Assembly (NCBI GenBank): GCA_963924565.1
Contig: OZ004613.1
Coordinates: 22,196,001 to 22,260,000 of the forward strand
Length of the DNA stretch: 64,000 bases
DNA from: Ascidiella aspersa
Taxonomy: Eukaryota
Direction: 5' to 3'
Shown here piece by piece: positions 43,341 to 57,600 of the stretch (position 1 is its first letter; each line of letters starts with the position of its first letter). The position numbers were made by a program, and so were the translations under genes. The notes below the pieces were generated by a model that saw only the letters and a program-made list of their open reading frames with translations, searched no databases and had not been told where the DNA came from.

Positions 43341-44629
43341 CTAGTTGTTGTTTTAGCCTGGCCTTACTTGCACTATAACCCTGATAATGCACTATAAAAC
43401 ATTGTATGGTAGGACTTTCCGAAGGCACCAGGTGTTAAGTCTAATTTGTAATAATTTCTGTGAGGAATAGTTATAGGTTTATTTACATTTTTAAGGTAAA
43501 TCTGAAGAATAACTGTTTCCAATCAGAAAAGACTTAAAAGTTTGTTTAGCCCAGTAATAATTTCTTTATAATAAAATAAATGAGAAGTTAAAAAAATTTT
43601 TGTAGAACAGTTTATGGAAATTTAAAAATTTAGCTGCTATATGAATTTAGTAACCACACATTAAAAGAATCCTTAATTTTTTTGTCCACCGGCTTCCATT
43701 TAAGAAGAAATAAAAAAAAATTAGTTAAAAAGAAATCAGAGCCAATATTTCAAATTTGCTATAGTTTCAATTTCTCAATTTTTTTAGGAAAATTTGTGTT
43801 AACAAATAAAATCTGGCTAACCTTGTGTTGTAAAATTCTATATTGGATACCGGTCGTTGGGGTGGAAATGGCATGAAACAATTGATATTGTCAGTCTTGG
43901 GCAAAATATTCATTGTTTGTTTAATTTTGTGATTAATAATTGAGCTATATGCTATGTATATATGAACAATACCACAACATTTGGTCTCCGACTTGTACTC
44001 CATGTGTTGCAACGTGTTGTTGTGTCACAAATGACTAGTATTTTGTTAAAAAAAGCAGTACACCTATTAGTTTTGTTCACCGTAAGTTTTTCAACAAGGT
44101 AGTGTCATCCAAACTATATTTTTTGCCCAAGTTAGCTTTGCAAAATCTTATGTAGGCTACCCGTCATATGTTATCCGCTTAAGTATAATATATTTAGCTC
44201 AAACTCGGTGCGCAAACATGACACGCTGGAGTCTAATGATTCTATTTAAATTAACAAATGCATAACGGTGCGGATGCTTAACTTGCGCGTTCCCTGAAGT
44301 ATTTTGGACATTTTCTATATGTGCTTTTCGGTTAGCAGCGCGGAGCTTGGACGTTTGTTCGGGGGATAACTTAAAAAAGTTACGCCTCAAAACGTGATGG
44401 CATATAGTTACATTTAATAGTCACGTCATAAAGAACTAACCTAAGGAACACCACTCAGTGCGTGTTTTTGCTACAGTTTGGTGGGCTTAAAATAGAAAAG
44501 TCACAATACAAATATATTATCAATTAGCCGATCATTAGCACAAAGTAAAAAAAACAACCTGATATTGCGTTTTCGAGAATGTGACGGGAGCATAACGCCT
44601 TAAATCCCAAACCCAAACTGTCTCAACAC

Positions 44630-45650
44630 CAATGCCGGATTAACTAAGTGCGGGGCCTGAAGCACATTGATTTGATGTACAAATAAAGACCGGGAAGTAG
44701 GTTAATTGATAATTTTATAGATTTTATTTACATTCTACAACAACAAAAGCCTAATGTAATGTTTTATTTGCAAGGAGAAATTCAAACTTCAGCAATATTA
44801 TTCATTCTTTATGACGCATTTTAATCCCTGCAAATTTGGCAGTTATTTAAGTTGAGTGACTTCATGACGTCATTTTTAATATTCAGGAGAGTTAAATAGT
44901 GTAGCCGCTTTTTCCTCATTGTGTTTTGCAGATAGTTTTAAATCAACTTTAATTTTGAACATGATCTTTATCCAGTATAATTAGTTACCATCATACTTAA
45001 ACAAATGCGTAACAAATTGTCAATGTTGGGAAACGTGGACTAATCGTTCGTATTACGTCACAATGCCTCAAAAGTGGCATGGTGCTGAAATTGTTTTAGT
45101 TCGCGTTTAGCAACTCAAGATGTGCGATAACACAGCAATAGGTATAAGATATATGTAGTCCAACCATTGACAGATTTAGACAAACACGTCGTTAACATGC
45201 ACCAGTTGTTAAACCTCTGGAAGATGTTTTCCGCTTCGCATTCCGCCAAAAAATTTGACTGCGCCATAAATCGGAATAATAGAGCGTTCGATAGAAAAAA
45301 GTTGCGAGGTCAACACGAGTGGTTTTTTCGTGCGACTGGGAAACCAAGCTGAAACAGAAACTAATAGTTATCACTTCTGGGTATACAGGCTGAAAAGCGT
45401 CGAAGGATTTCCAAAGTATAGCTGGCACATTTTTGAGTTTGTGACAGCACCCGATCAACGCAGTTGCCTCCAGCGGAAATTACTGTTTTTTAAAGTTTAC
45501 AGACGTTGGGACTAGTAGTTTAATCTTGCAACTACAGTATTCTCGTCTGCCATTCCAGTTTGCAAGCCAAAAATTACTTACCAACTATGTTTCGTTTTGT
45601 TCAGCAAGCGCGGAGCCCGTAGCAGCTGCTACTATGTTAGTTCGGTCCTG
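44630..45650. mobile_element. Degraded non-autonomous DNA element; internal 45038-45422 is homologous (inverted) to 57861-58043
   Basis: Ends CAATGCCGGATTAAC / GTTAGTTCGGTCCTG; TSD-like CTCAACAC/CTCCAAAC; GACTAATCGTTCGTATTACGT recurs as reverse complement at 58023-58043. Confidence 0.55.
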
Positions 45651-45920
45651 CTCCAAACTGTAATTTATAGGCTAATAGCAGTATTTTTGTTCTTTGCGCG
45701 AAACTTATAGTGCTCTCGCGAATCTAATACGAAAATAAAAAGTTGTGATCCGCCCCTGAACGGGCTACCTGATTTACAGTTACAAATACGCCTATCTTCT
45801 AACTTTTAATTTTTTATAGTGACAAGAAACTCTACCCTCAAATGTGAATCACTCTACAAAACCTATTGCCATAAACTCAATGCAGAAGCTCCTATCTAGC
45901 AACAGGGTACGTGGCGTTGT

Positions 45921-46221
45921 TTTGTACAATGTGCGCAAAAATTCGCTTGCGAAAATCTGCAAAAAATGTGCGCACATGTTACAATGTCTTCAAAAATGTG
46001 CGAATTTTTTTCAGAATGTGCACACTTTTTAAAATGCTCTCAAAAATGTACGCACATTTTTGAATTGGAGTTAGAGTTAGAGTTAGTTTCATTTTAAAAT
46101 GTGCATACATTCTGAAAAAAGTGCGCACATTGTTGAAGGCATTTTAAAATGTGAGCACATTTTCAAATGTATTTCTAAATGTGCGCACAGTTTTTGCATA
46201 TTTTTGCGCACATTGTGCAAA
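45921..46221. repeat. Foldback-like element built from AAAATGTGCGCACATT units around a (GAGTTA)3 centre
   Basis: Left and right halves are imperfect reverse complements; centre 46068-46086. Confidence 0.75.
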
Positions 46222-47025
46222 AAATGTTCGCATCCCCGTCTCCTATAGTCTAACCACAGCGTATAAAAGGTAGTACCGACTGAGTTATCCTTTTGCTCCC
46301 AGAATTAGACTTTGACGATAAACGGTTTAAAATAGTTTTTGGTGAACACACGAACTAAACTACCGGGTGAAGGTTCCCGACAAAGCGGTATACCATAGGG
46401 CTCGATGAACTGGCGATGTTTTAAAAAAAAATTTGCACCCGATAATGGGCTATCGACAAAAAAGAAAACTTTAGAGTCCTAAAGTTATGCATCATGTTTC
46501 ATACTAATGCCCCCTTCAAACCATCCTAGATACGCCAATAGATCGATTTATCGGATTGTAAACTAATTTTGTTGTTGTTAGTGGAGCACACGTCTTGATT
46601 TTTTATACTTTTTTATAATATAGGTGATTTTTGCAATCTAAAAAACTTTTACTGAATATGGTCGGGGTTATAATGAAATAAAAATTGATTAGTTTTCTAA
46701 AGTTAATTGTGTTAAACTATTTTGTAAAGCCGGTTTAAAAGTATTATGACTAAATTGGTGTTGGTGTAAGGCATTTGTTTTATTTTAACAAAGGCATATT
46801 TAATAATACACATTAGGAAACCTTTTAGTTTTCTGTTTTTATACCTTATGAAATTTATAACAACTAAATCTTTTGCCTGATATAGTTTTGGTACCTCAAA
46901 ATACAAAAGCAATCCCCAATTCACCCGCATATATAACTTAACTTTGTCCCTTTCCGAAGAAATATATTTCATTGCTACTCACGACATTTCGCCGCTAGTA
47001 GCGATGCCGGCATCGATAAACGTTA

Positions 47026-47335
47026 CCTTATTTGGTAGCAGAGGCGTGCTGCGTTTTTTGTGCAAACCGAACTAGCTGCGTTTAAAGGCTGATTAGGGTC
47101 CACCCAAAGCAAATGTCCGGCAGTTAGAGAAGTGAGTGGTTTGGTCAGTGCTTCGTCGTTATTGGCTCAGTTAAAATTTAGATGTGTTTGTTGTATTGTC
47201 ATAAAGTTGGTTTTAAGGCATTTTGATTTTAACTACCTAGTTAAAAGATTGTCTATATTTAATTTGTAAAATGGGACGTACATAATATTTATATATAAAC
47301 TGGAATTAACGGTGGTTCTACGTGTTGTGTTGCAG
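47026..47335 (+). promoter_or_regulatory. Probable actin 5 promoter, short non-coding exon and 5'UTR intron (47132-47335)
   Basis: CArG CCTTATTTGG 47026-47035; GTCCGGCAGTT 47115-47125; donor AA|GTGAGT at 47132; acceptor TGTTGCAG| at 47335. Confidence 0.65.
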
Positions 47336-47369
47336 CAACTATTAAGAGTTAAATTCAATTTTTCGTTAA

Positions 47370-48524
<1,155 letters not shown>

Positions 48525-50416
48525 AGTGCTTATTGACTTTGGCGTTAATAGTGTTATACAGTGATTTTCTATGACATTTTCATTTCTGTTTTTGAAGTGT
48601 ATCCCTTCTCCACATTTTAATTAATCAGCAGCCAAACACAAGACATTAAACTAAACATAAGGTATTTAAAGCTTGGTAACATCCATTTCAGTTATGTGCA
48701 GTATCTTTTTGTTTTTGCTAAACTGTATCCATTCCTATGTGTGGCCTGGCGAGTTGTTTTCTTGCACTTTTCATCTATTCTCCAGTAAATAGGATGCAAT
48801 AAACCAATGTAACTAATCAGATTTGTTCTTGAGTGGCCTTAATTTAGCAGCAAAAAAGCTACAGCATGAATTTTAGGTTTATAGATTTATTAACGTTAAG
48901 GACAGCCCAGCCTATTTTGTCTAGAATTCTTCATATCAAAAAATCTGTTTTTAAAGTCAATATTTCTGCTGAACGTGTAGCAAAGATGTTTGTCATTTGC
49001 CTAAACAAAACGTAAACTTGGTTGAAGCACCAGCAGGGCCTTTTTGTAAACCGTCTTCTGCTCAACACAGGAAGTTTTGTCGTTCAATTTTTGTCACAAA
49101 AGTAGTGTAGTATCTACGCAATGTTACTGGTTCAAAATTGGGTACTGGTTTTTAAGAATTAAACCATGGCAACGCGACAACTGGCTTCCTAGATGTCGTT
49201 GTAAAGCATTAAAACATAATATTTATATGTATTGTAGCGTGAAGAGAGTGGCATAATCCCGATTACTGGTAGTAAACGTTGCGATTTGATATATGAATAG
49301 ACTCATACTATGTACAAACCAGCAAAAAACAAGTTATAGCGAGATGTTTTTAAAACAGTTTCGTGATTCCAGCGTCATGTTTTTAAAGTTATATCCTACC
49401 AGCTCTCGAATACTTGTGTATGTGTCATTTAAAGACCTTTTTTCCGTTGGGCGATTGGCATACAATTTGTATAATACACAAACTTGGTTTAGCAGGCCAA
49501 CTTCAAGACAGTTGTTCGTGCCTTCTAAACAAAGCGAAATAGTAACGAATATAATTTAAAGGTGCCAGCTGCACGAACAAATTATTATTATTATTATTTC
49601 ATAGTTCGTTGAAAATGACAAAAGCATACCTGGTCAGAGAAGCTTTATGCTGTTAGAAATGTTTTTTTTTAACTTGGTTTTATAAACGGTAGCCTGAAAA
49701 AAGGTCGTTACTTCGTTTAATGTGAGAATGTGTTTCTCCGCAGAACGAAACTAAAGCATCAGTTATGTGGTTCGCAATTTATCAAACAAAGCCACCGATT
49801 TTAAGGCCTTTACGCCAAACAGCCCCGCCCTGCAGGATTGCTAAACGGTTCTACGGATGCAGCACGACCAAGGTCGCAGGTAAACGGCGTTTTTTGGCAT
49901 TTATGATCTATTTTTATCGACTAATATGGTTAGCCGCCTTCCAATGGAACTCAGAAAATTTGCACTACTGCGTATTCGCCATGCCTTGGCTGTCACAGTC
50001 AATCAGGCTTGGCCCATGCTTGGTGCGAAACGGCGAGCAAAAGGGTCGCGTTTAATTTTGGTGATCGTTGGAAAGGAGAAGGGGACGCGAATCCGCAATT
50101 CGCCGGCGACAACTTCCCGTGCAAATCACAAATAAAGATACCGTTAAACCCCTGGCCTTGCCAAAAGCCACGCCGAACATCTCAAGTTGGCGTGGCATGT
50201 CTGAGCTTGCTGTATGTATGGGTATTGCCAATCGCAGCCGCCTTTGTAAGGCTATTTAGATCGGCCCCTTGCTCCTAATTTTCAACCGTGTTTTTTTTCC
50301 AAGTGTACTTGTTTTTGGTGTCTTTTGAGGTATGCGCGGCCTCTTAAAGAACAGACCGTCGCATTCTCTACATAGTTTTGCTGTATTTTGATCAAGGAAT
50401 CGACTGGTTGCCCTGA

Positions 50417-50884
50417 CAGACTTGGACAACTAGATTTATTTTAGATTTTTAACATTAGATTAGAATTAAAATTAGAGCATTTTACTTTTTTCAAATTAAA
50501 CTAGAATTAGAATTACCAAATTTAAAAAAACAAAATTTCAACTGGAAATTGAACCATTGTATTTGATTATTCACAATCAATTTTATTTATATTGCTAATA
50601 ATTCTAATAAGAATGTAAATGTTAAATATGTGTGTGCTAACTAGCTTTTCAGACTGTAAAAATTGCATACAAGGCGTTCCAACCAAAGAGTTTTAGTTGA
50701 AATTCTTTGTTTTGACTGACAGACGAAAAATGTTGTTGGACAAATTAGCATTTTTGGTAAAATTAGATTGGAACTGGAATTAGAGCACACAAGCAATTCA
50801 CAAATCAGATTAGAATAAGAAATAGCCACATTTTGCTCAAATTCATTGATTTAGAAACTAGAATTATCTAGTTGTTTAGGTCTG
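50417..50884. mobile_element. hAT-type MITE with TAGAAT subrepeats
   Basis: 19-bp TIR CAGACTTGGACAACTAGAT / ATCTAGTTGTTTAGGTCTG; TSD TGCCCTGA/TGCCCTGC. Confidence 0.8.
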
Positions 50885-53800
50885 TGCCCTGCATCTGACC
50901 AATTAAATTATTGGTCAACCTTGTCTACTCTTTGTCGCTTTTGAGCGTACGGTCTGGCGCAAAGAATTTTTGTGAGAACTTGTATGTGTGTGGACGCGGT
51001 TAGCGCGCGTTAATTGTGGTCGTTACTTTACGTGTCGAGGCGATCTGGTCAACGGCTGCTCGGCCGACAATTAAGAAGCTACCGGCGAGCGATGCTTTTT
51101 AATTAGTGACGGTCAAAGTGGGCGACGATCGCTATTTGTGCACTTAAAAGACCGCGTGCCCACCGTTACAATGTATAATTTAGTGCGCCCCGAGCGCGGC
51201 CACGTACATAATGCAAACAATCCATTAATATTTGAACGGAGCACTGACTTGTCAGCGGCGCTGGCTGTCCACCTTCGCCAAGCGGTGCTCTGCGGCGTGG
51301 TACGCCGTAACCACACACATGTCACACGGCCCCTGTGCTGTATAAGCGGGCTAATGACTGGATGGCAAACATTGCGCGTCGCAAGAGCGCTTCCACTGTG
51401 ACCATATTTGGCCAGACGGTTATTTCCTGGTGAAGCTCCCCGTCACTTCCTAATCACTGCGCCAGGCCGCACGCACACACACGCTCGCGAAAGCACGAAA
51501 TGCTCGGCCTTTTCGCTCTGCCTCGTGCTTTTGCGCGTGTGTGCCTCGCCGGCCGGCGCAATGTGTAAAGTCGTTCCTTATTTGTGGAGCTGCGTGCGCG
51601 TGTGTGCGTGCCTTGGATTAGCTGATCTACTGTCCACCAGCCTAAAAACCACTCCCAGAAACCCGACGAAGCCGGCCTGCAGACCGTTGCGAGACGCCAG
51701 CAGCCTTACAGCGTCGCATAGCACAATGAAAATGTCCCCTCCCCGGTTGATTTCTGTAACAATGCGCCGGAAATGATTAGAACACGACTGTTGTTTTGGG
51801 AAATTTGCGGTGCACGCGTTTCCTGATTTTATAAGAATATGCCTGTGCTGTTATGCGCTTGGTTTGGTCTATAACCCACCTCGACATCAATTTACCACAG
51901 TTACACAGAAACTAAACAAGATAAATATCTGTCATACAAATTTCTAAATGAACGCGTTACGAAAAACTACGCAAACACAGTAACTGCGAAATCAGAACGT
52001 TTCTTTTAATCAACCTTTCCGCCTCATACAAACTTAAAAATAGAAACTCAGGGATGAGGTTTATACTACACACAATAGAGTCAATATGATACCATAATAT
52101 GTATACAGCAGCAAGGTCCAGCATTGCCAGAGGCTTGTCACACTAGAACACCGGTCGAAGATATATAACTGACCACTTTGAATGTATGTAAGCTCTTTTA
52201 AGAAACTAGTTTGGATCCAACCAAATCCCGCTTTGTCCATTAAAAATATTTTTTTAAATATTAAGATATTGAGATGTAAACACTTGTTCGTACTACAGCA
52301 CGGTCTGCGTATGCCAACATGTTGTTTGTCAAGGTACGCCGAAAACACGAGTGTTTCTGTTCTTCCAATAAAAAAAATGGTCATGGCATTTGCCGGCCCT
52401 CGAAATGCGTTTTGTTGTTGCCGTTGCTTAGCCAAAAAAGCGCCAAAAAGGTCGCTGTCAGAAACAGGCTCTGACAGCGCGGTTGCTGGATGAAAAGGAA
52501 GCCTTCGTCCCACAAGCAGGCAGTGCGGCGCTTTTCCGCCAAGGCGTGTCTATTCACTGCTGTGCCGCCGAGTCAGAGCAGGCGCTTCCGCGTGTATAAA
52601 ACTACGTCACAGGCGTGGCGTTTAGAAGCCGCTTGCTAGCATCACGACGCCTCGAGGCCCAGCACCGCTGCCCGTATTTGGCGCGCCGGCTGGCACGAGT
52701 TGCAATAACGAAGCGCAAGCGAATTTTCGTTGGTCGACGCAGGAGCATGGGTGAATTATTAAACTGGCTAACGCAAGGAACCCTCGTGCCGCCCGCCCGC
52801 AGAACCGCGCCCAGTCATTTGGTTAGGGATTTGCTGACTTAGTGGTGCTGGTGTTGCGACACGTCGTTTTTGCCTTGTCGAACTCTGCTCGACAGAAAGC
52901 CGTTTGCGCGGCGGCCTATTTCCGCATATCCTTCCTCGCTTTGGGCGCCTTGTGTGTGTGTCTGTATACCGTTTGACCGCATGATTAAAGCCAACCCTTA
53001 GGTCGTTATGATATGCTTGTATTGGAAGGTTGAATAGTAACAGGACTTTCATATATATTATGATGTTTCTGTTTACGGTACCACGGAAACGCAATGAAAC
53101 TTGTGGCAATTTGGAGCAGAAACCATCGTGCGGCTATTACCATATGCTTTCAATTGCGTGTTGTTAGTAATTCAGAACGCGGAAACAGCGGAGCGCTTTC
53201 GGTTTGGCCGGGTTTAGTCGCCCTGTGCAGTAAATAGCCTTTTATGCGTATACCCGGGCCTTCTGGCTAAAGTGCGTCATAGCCCGGCAGAAGTAACGCT
53301 TGGATGGGCACAGTCGCCGCGCGGCGTTTGCTTTTTCTATTTTTGGCCAGTCGCTTTCCGCTTCTCTCTCTGGCGCCGCATAGCTGCGGTTTTAGCGCGA
53401 AGCTAGATTGGAATCCGCACGGGCTGATTGCGGTGTTCAATTCGGTGTACCAGTGGGAAAACAAAACCGTTTGAGAAAACGAGTTGCCTACATTTCACAG
53501 TCGCACATTTATAAGTGCGACTTTCTGAAGTGCACATTGAAATGCTCCGATGAAGCGAAATGGTCTGACCATACATATATTACAATCTAAAGCCCTTTGT
53601 ACACGGAAATAGCGCGTTTTAGGTATACGACGGGCTGTTTACAAGTTACAGCAGATTGATTGGGAGTTGGAAGGTCTTAAACTGCATTTCCAAAGGGAAT
53701 AAAGATCTTATAACAATCAGCGTTACACAATTGACCCGATATTTCTCGGTATACAGGGAAAACGAGTGTTTTAGATGTAAAAGCTTCCTACATCTTACGA

Positions 53801-54310
53801 TGGAACCAGCGCGAATGTCTTTAAGTGGAATGATAAATTGAAATGATGTGATTTGATCTTTCCACCATTTTATAATTAACCGTCTTTATACGCGGAAATC
53901 GCACGTTCACCTAGTACACGCGTGATGTGCTGTAACCCGGCAATGCGGTTGCAGTCTGATGTACTTCCTGTAACCACGCAAGCAACCTGTGGCGCTTAAA
54001 TGTCAGCAATTCTGCTGCTGATGCTGGCCTTATGAGCCCTATGAGAGAAGGCTTGTTTTCACGCATTTTGGCGCAATCGGTCCAAGAAAAACCCATCCAG
54101 GCAACATTCACCGAATCCCGGGTGAATTGCTTATTGAAGCTAATGTCCGCTGGCGCCCAAGTCAGAGGGCAGCGGCGTAACCTTAATAGGCGAATAGCGA
54201 TCTCGCCACGATTACACTTCCTTCTCGTGGAATGTCTATCTCGATCGACAGGGCGACGCCCCTTTCCTTGCCTAATTCAATATAAACCAGCGTGGCAATG
54301 TACACTAACC

Positions 54311-54684
54311 CAATGCTTTTCAACCTTTTTGGTTTGGTGAACCCTTAAAGTTGTTGTGACGAACTCATGCACCCTGTTTACTTAAAAGGTGAACTGAGGT
54401 ATAGAAAACGATACAAAAATCGATATCATCATGTCAATTAAACCGAGCGGAGCTTCCGAAGTTTTGCGCACTGTCGGTGAGAGTTTGATTGTGGCTGCAG
54501 GCTGCTTGCGACTTGCGAGTACTATTACATGTCATAAAACAGCATTTTTACCTTTTTTCTATTATCCCAAATGTCAAATGTTCATGGTTCATTAAAAGTT
54601 TGTGATGTAACCTTGTATACATTTTCGTACTGGTGCACCCCATGCATATTTTGGTGCACCGTCCACACCGGTTGATGAGCACTG
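54311..54684. mobile_element. hAT-type MITE, family A copy 2
   Basis: Colinear with 16876-17272; ends CAATGCTTTTCAAC / GTTGATGAGCACTG; TSD-like CACTAACC/CATTAACA. Confidence 0.85.
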
Positions 54685-57600
54685 CATTAACATATCGTTA
54701 ATGCGTCGCCCCACCTTATACGTCAATGTGGCAGTGCTTTACCAATTATACATGTTTCATTAAAGCGTCTATAGTTACAGAAGCGGCAAATAGATTTTAA
54801 AGTCCAAACTAATTGCTAGCTAGAAGGTTATATGTAACAGTAAAAACTCACCATAAGCATTAAGAGTGTCACAATAGTGTGGTGTCAGGATGGGAATCAA
54901 CGGCACAAGTATCAATTTGTTTGTTTTTAAATGTTTCAACAATATCTCAGGTCACCATTAGTGAAAACTAAATATAATTGAAATTGTGTTTTGTTCTAAT
55001 GCGTGTATTGTTTCCAACATTAGTGCTTTGTTTCACTCAGCTGCTTCTGCTGACAGAAATAAGAAGGCGAGACCGACTACAGCGCTTGCATGTTTACCGG
55101 TAGTGACGTTTTGCACCGGACGACTCAGCACACAGGAAGTGTTTGTGTTGTGCCTTGTTTTGCAGCCGAATTGTGACGACGACGCGTCATCGCATTAGCA
55201 ATCCGCCCGCCGTTTGTCGACGCATAATAAGACAAACAGCGGTCCGCCGGTCGTTATGCGCAAATCCGTAAACAACTGCCTCTGATTTACATGTTGTATC
55301 GCATGACAGTCGGCGTGGCGCATTTTAAACGCTGCCTGTTTTTGTGGTGACGTGTGCTGCGAAATAGCGCGAGAGGTCGTAGACCGACGCCGGCCCGCGA
55401 GAGCCTGTACTTTAAGTGCAATTTGTCATTTTCGAGATGCAACGCGAACTATTTGTTAACGCTCGTTGGGACGCCAGCCTTCTTGCGAAGTCATTTGGCG
55501 GCCGTTTGCACTGACCACGCCCGTGTAAAGAGTATTAAAAAGCGCCGCGCGCCGGCTGTGATATTTGCTCAGCGTCCAGTTCTTTACGACCGTCCTAAAC
55601 CGTTAGCGAAAAGCAAGGCCGGCTAAAACAGTAAGTGGGTGTAAAGTGCGCATGCCATTTTGAATGTGACGTGGCGCCGCGGGCTCCATAAATGGTTCGC
55701 CGGTTGCGGAACAATCGGCCATTGTGCTTACGCTTTTTCGATAAGGTTAGCATTTCGTGACGTCGATTTTTTTTCGTTTGTCTGCTCGTATCGGCGCTCC
55801 CTTTTTCTTGGCGTCATCCGAATGTTGTCGAACGCGTGGCCTCGGCGCGCTTGCCTTTTTCTCTTGCCAACAAAGCGGAACAGGATGTTGCGTAGAGGGG
55901 CCGGCAATGCGCGGGGGCAAAGGCCTAATCGCGTAAACAGCTTCTAGCGGGAAACGCGTAATGTGACGTAACATCCGCCAGGCCCTGTTACGACGCCTCA
56001 ACGCGGAAACGCGCGGTTAATGCCTCCCTGTTTGCACCGCCGCGCTTTCTACCGGTGAGGTCGCAGACGATTTACTGCCGCTAGTTGTCGTTCGTCAATT
56101 TTTTAAAGTAAGAAAAGCGTATTTTAACGCAGCAGCGCACTCTGGCGGCTTGCTTTTACTCTGCTCACTGGTCACTTGTATCGCAACATCTGTGTGCAGG
56201 ACCGAATAACAATTTAAAGCAAAGCTATTTCTCTTCGGAGTGCACAAAGATGAACCGTGCAAACATTTCTGAATTGAGTTTTTATGTGCAAGGTATGTAG
56301 GTTATCAATGTGTATGCAGAAAAGTGGCCTGACTATATTACGCTTTTTCTCGATGTTATCTTCTTTGCGAACTTCCGAGCAATATTCGGCTTTAAAAAGA
56401 ACAAAAGTAGCGATACACAAAGGTAAATGGTCTTTAGCCGCCTGAGAGCTTTCTATTATAATTTGTTTTTCTTTTTTTCGTCATTGTATTTGTTAATAAA
56501 ACAAAGTAAAAGTAAAGCGATGGAAGCTGATCATTTAATTTAAGCACAGGTCTAAAACACAAATTGCTCTGCGGGCCAAATCAAACATTGTTGATTAACC
56601 CGCGTCGAACCGAAACTGAACCGCATTTCTAGGATTTTAAGAGCTTGAATCGTAACGCAACCCAATATTTTGAAAGTACCTGGACCTTAACCAAACTCGA
56701 ACCCATTTAATTCACCTATCGTATTTTTTTTGTTTTTTATACATTACTTTTTATATTCTTTGATAAAAAAATCGAATTCTACAAGTATGAAATAAGTTTT
56801 GCAACCCAAATGTCCCGGAGGTGATTTTTTTTACCAGATGAGGTTAATCCCCAAACACAGAATTGACCTACATCTGGATTCGGCAACAAGTTTTGAGACG
56901 CGTGTCAAAGCTAAACCCTAAGAGTGGACCCGTAATAAATTTTACCTAACATTTTTTAGGTTAAAGACCCTTTCATATATAGTTAATAGTTTCAGGGTAT
57001 GCATGGTACTTGAAATCTTACTTCAAAACACAAACTTACCAAATGCATCATAAATTTTAAATTTACGTTTTAAAAATGGCTACTAAAGACAGATATAATT
57101 TACATTGGCGGGTCGTATTTTGCGAGTTCAGCACCTTGGTTAATAAATCTGCAGGTGCGAACGGATATTTCAACACGCTGTAAATTTCGCACATTATTGT
57201 AGTGAACTGTACTAATGACGGCGTAATTCTATAATAGTTTTTCAGAGTTGAAGTTTACACATTAATTGCGCGTCTAACTCGGTAAAATTCTAGGGCGTCC
57301 AAAAACGCTCTGCACACCAACATTCGGCGCCTATGTGTGTCCTATGTATGTTGTTGCGGTGTACAACCTTTTTTTGCTATCCGTTTATGAATAATGTCAA
57401 AATATCAACAACTCGCGTGCCAAACTTTTTTATGTTTGGTTTTGCACTGGCAACTATAGGGCTGCGAAGTCAGATAAAAACAACGCGAGTCCGGTTCAGA
57501 CTCTATAACCTGTATTTCACCGATTTACGTGACTAAAATAAGATTGATATTTAACAATCCACTCCTAAGGTTCATAGAAAATATGCCATCCATATGCTAT

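Noticed and set aside
43274-43345. Functional tRNA gene
   Set aside because: A and B boxes are present but no acceptor or anticodon stems could be folded; called a SINE head instead
45921-46221. CRISPR-like array
   Set aside because: Eukaryotic context, degenerate units, no unique constant-length spacers, no cas genes
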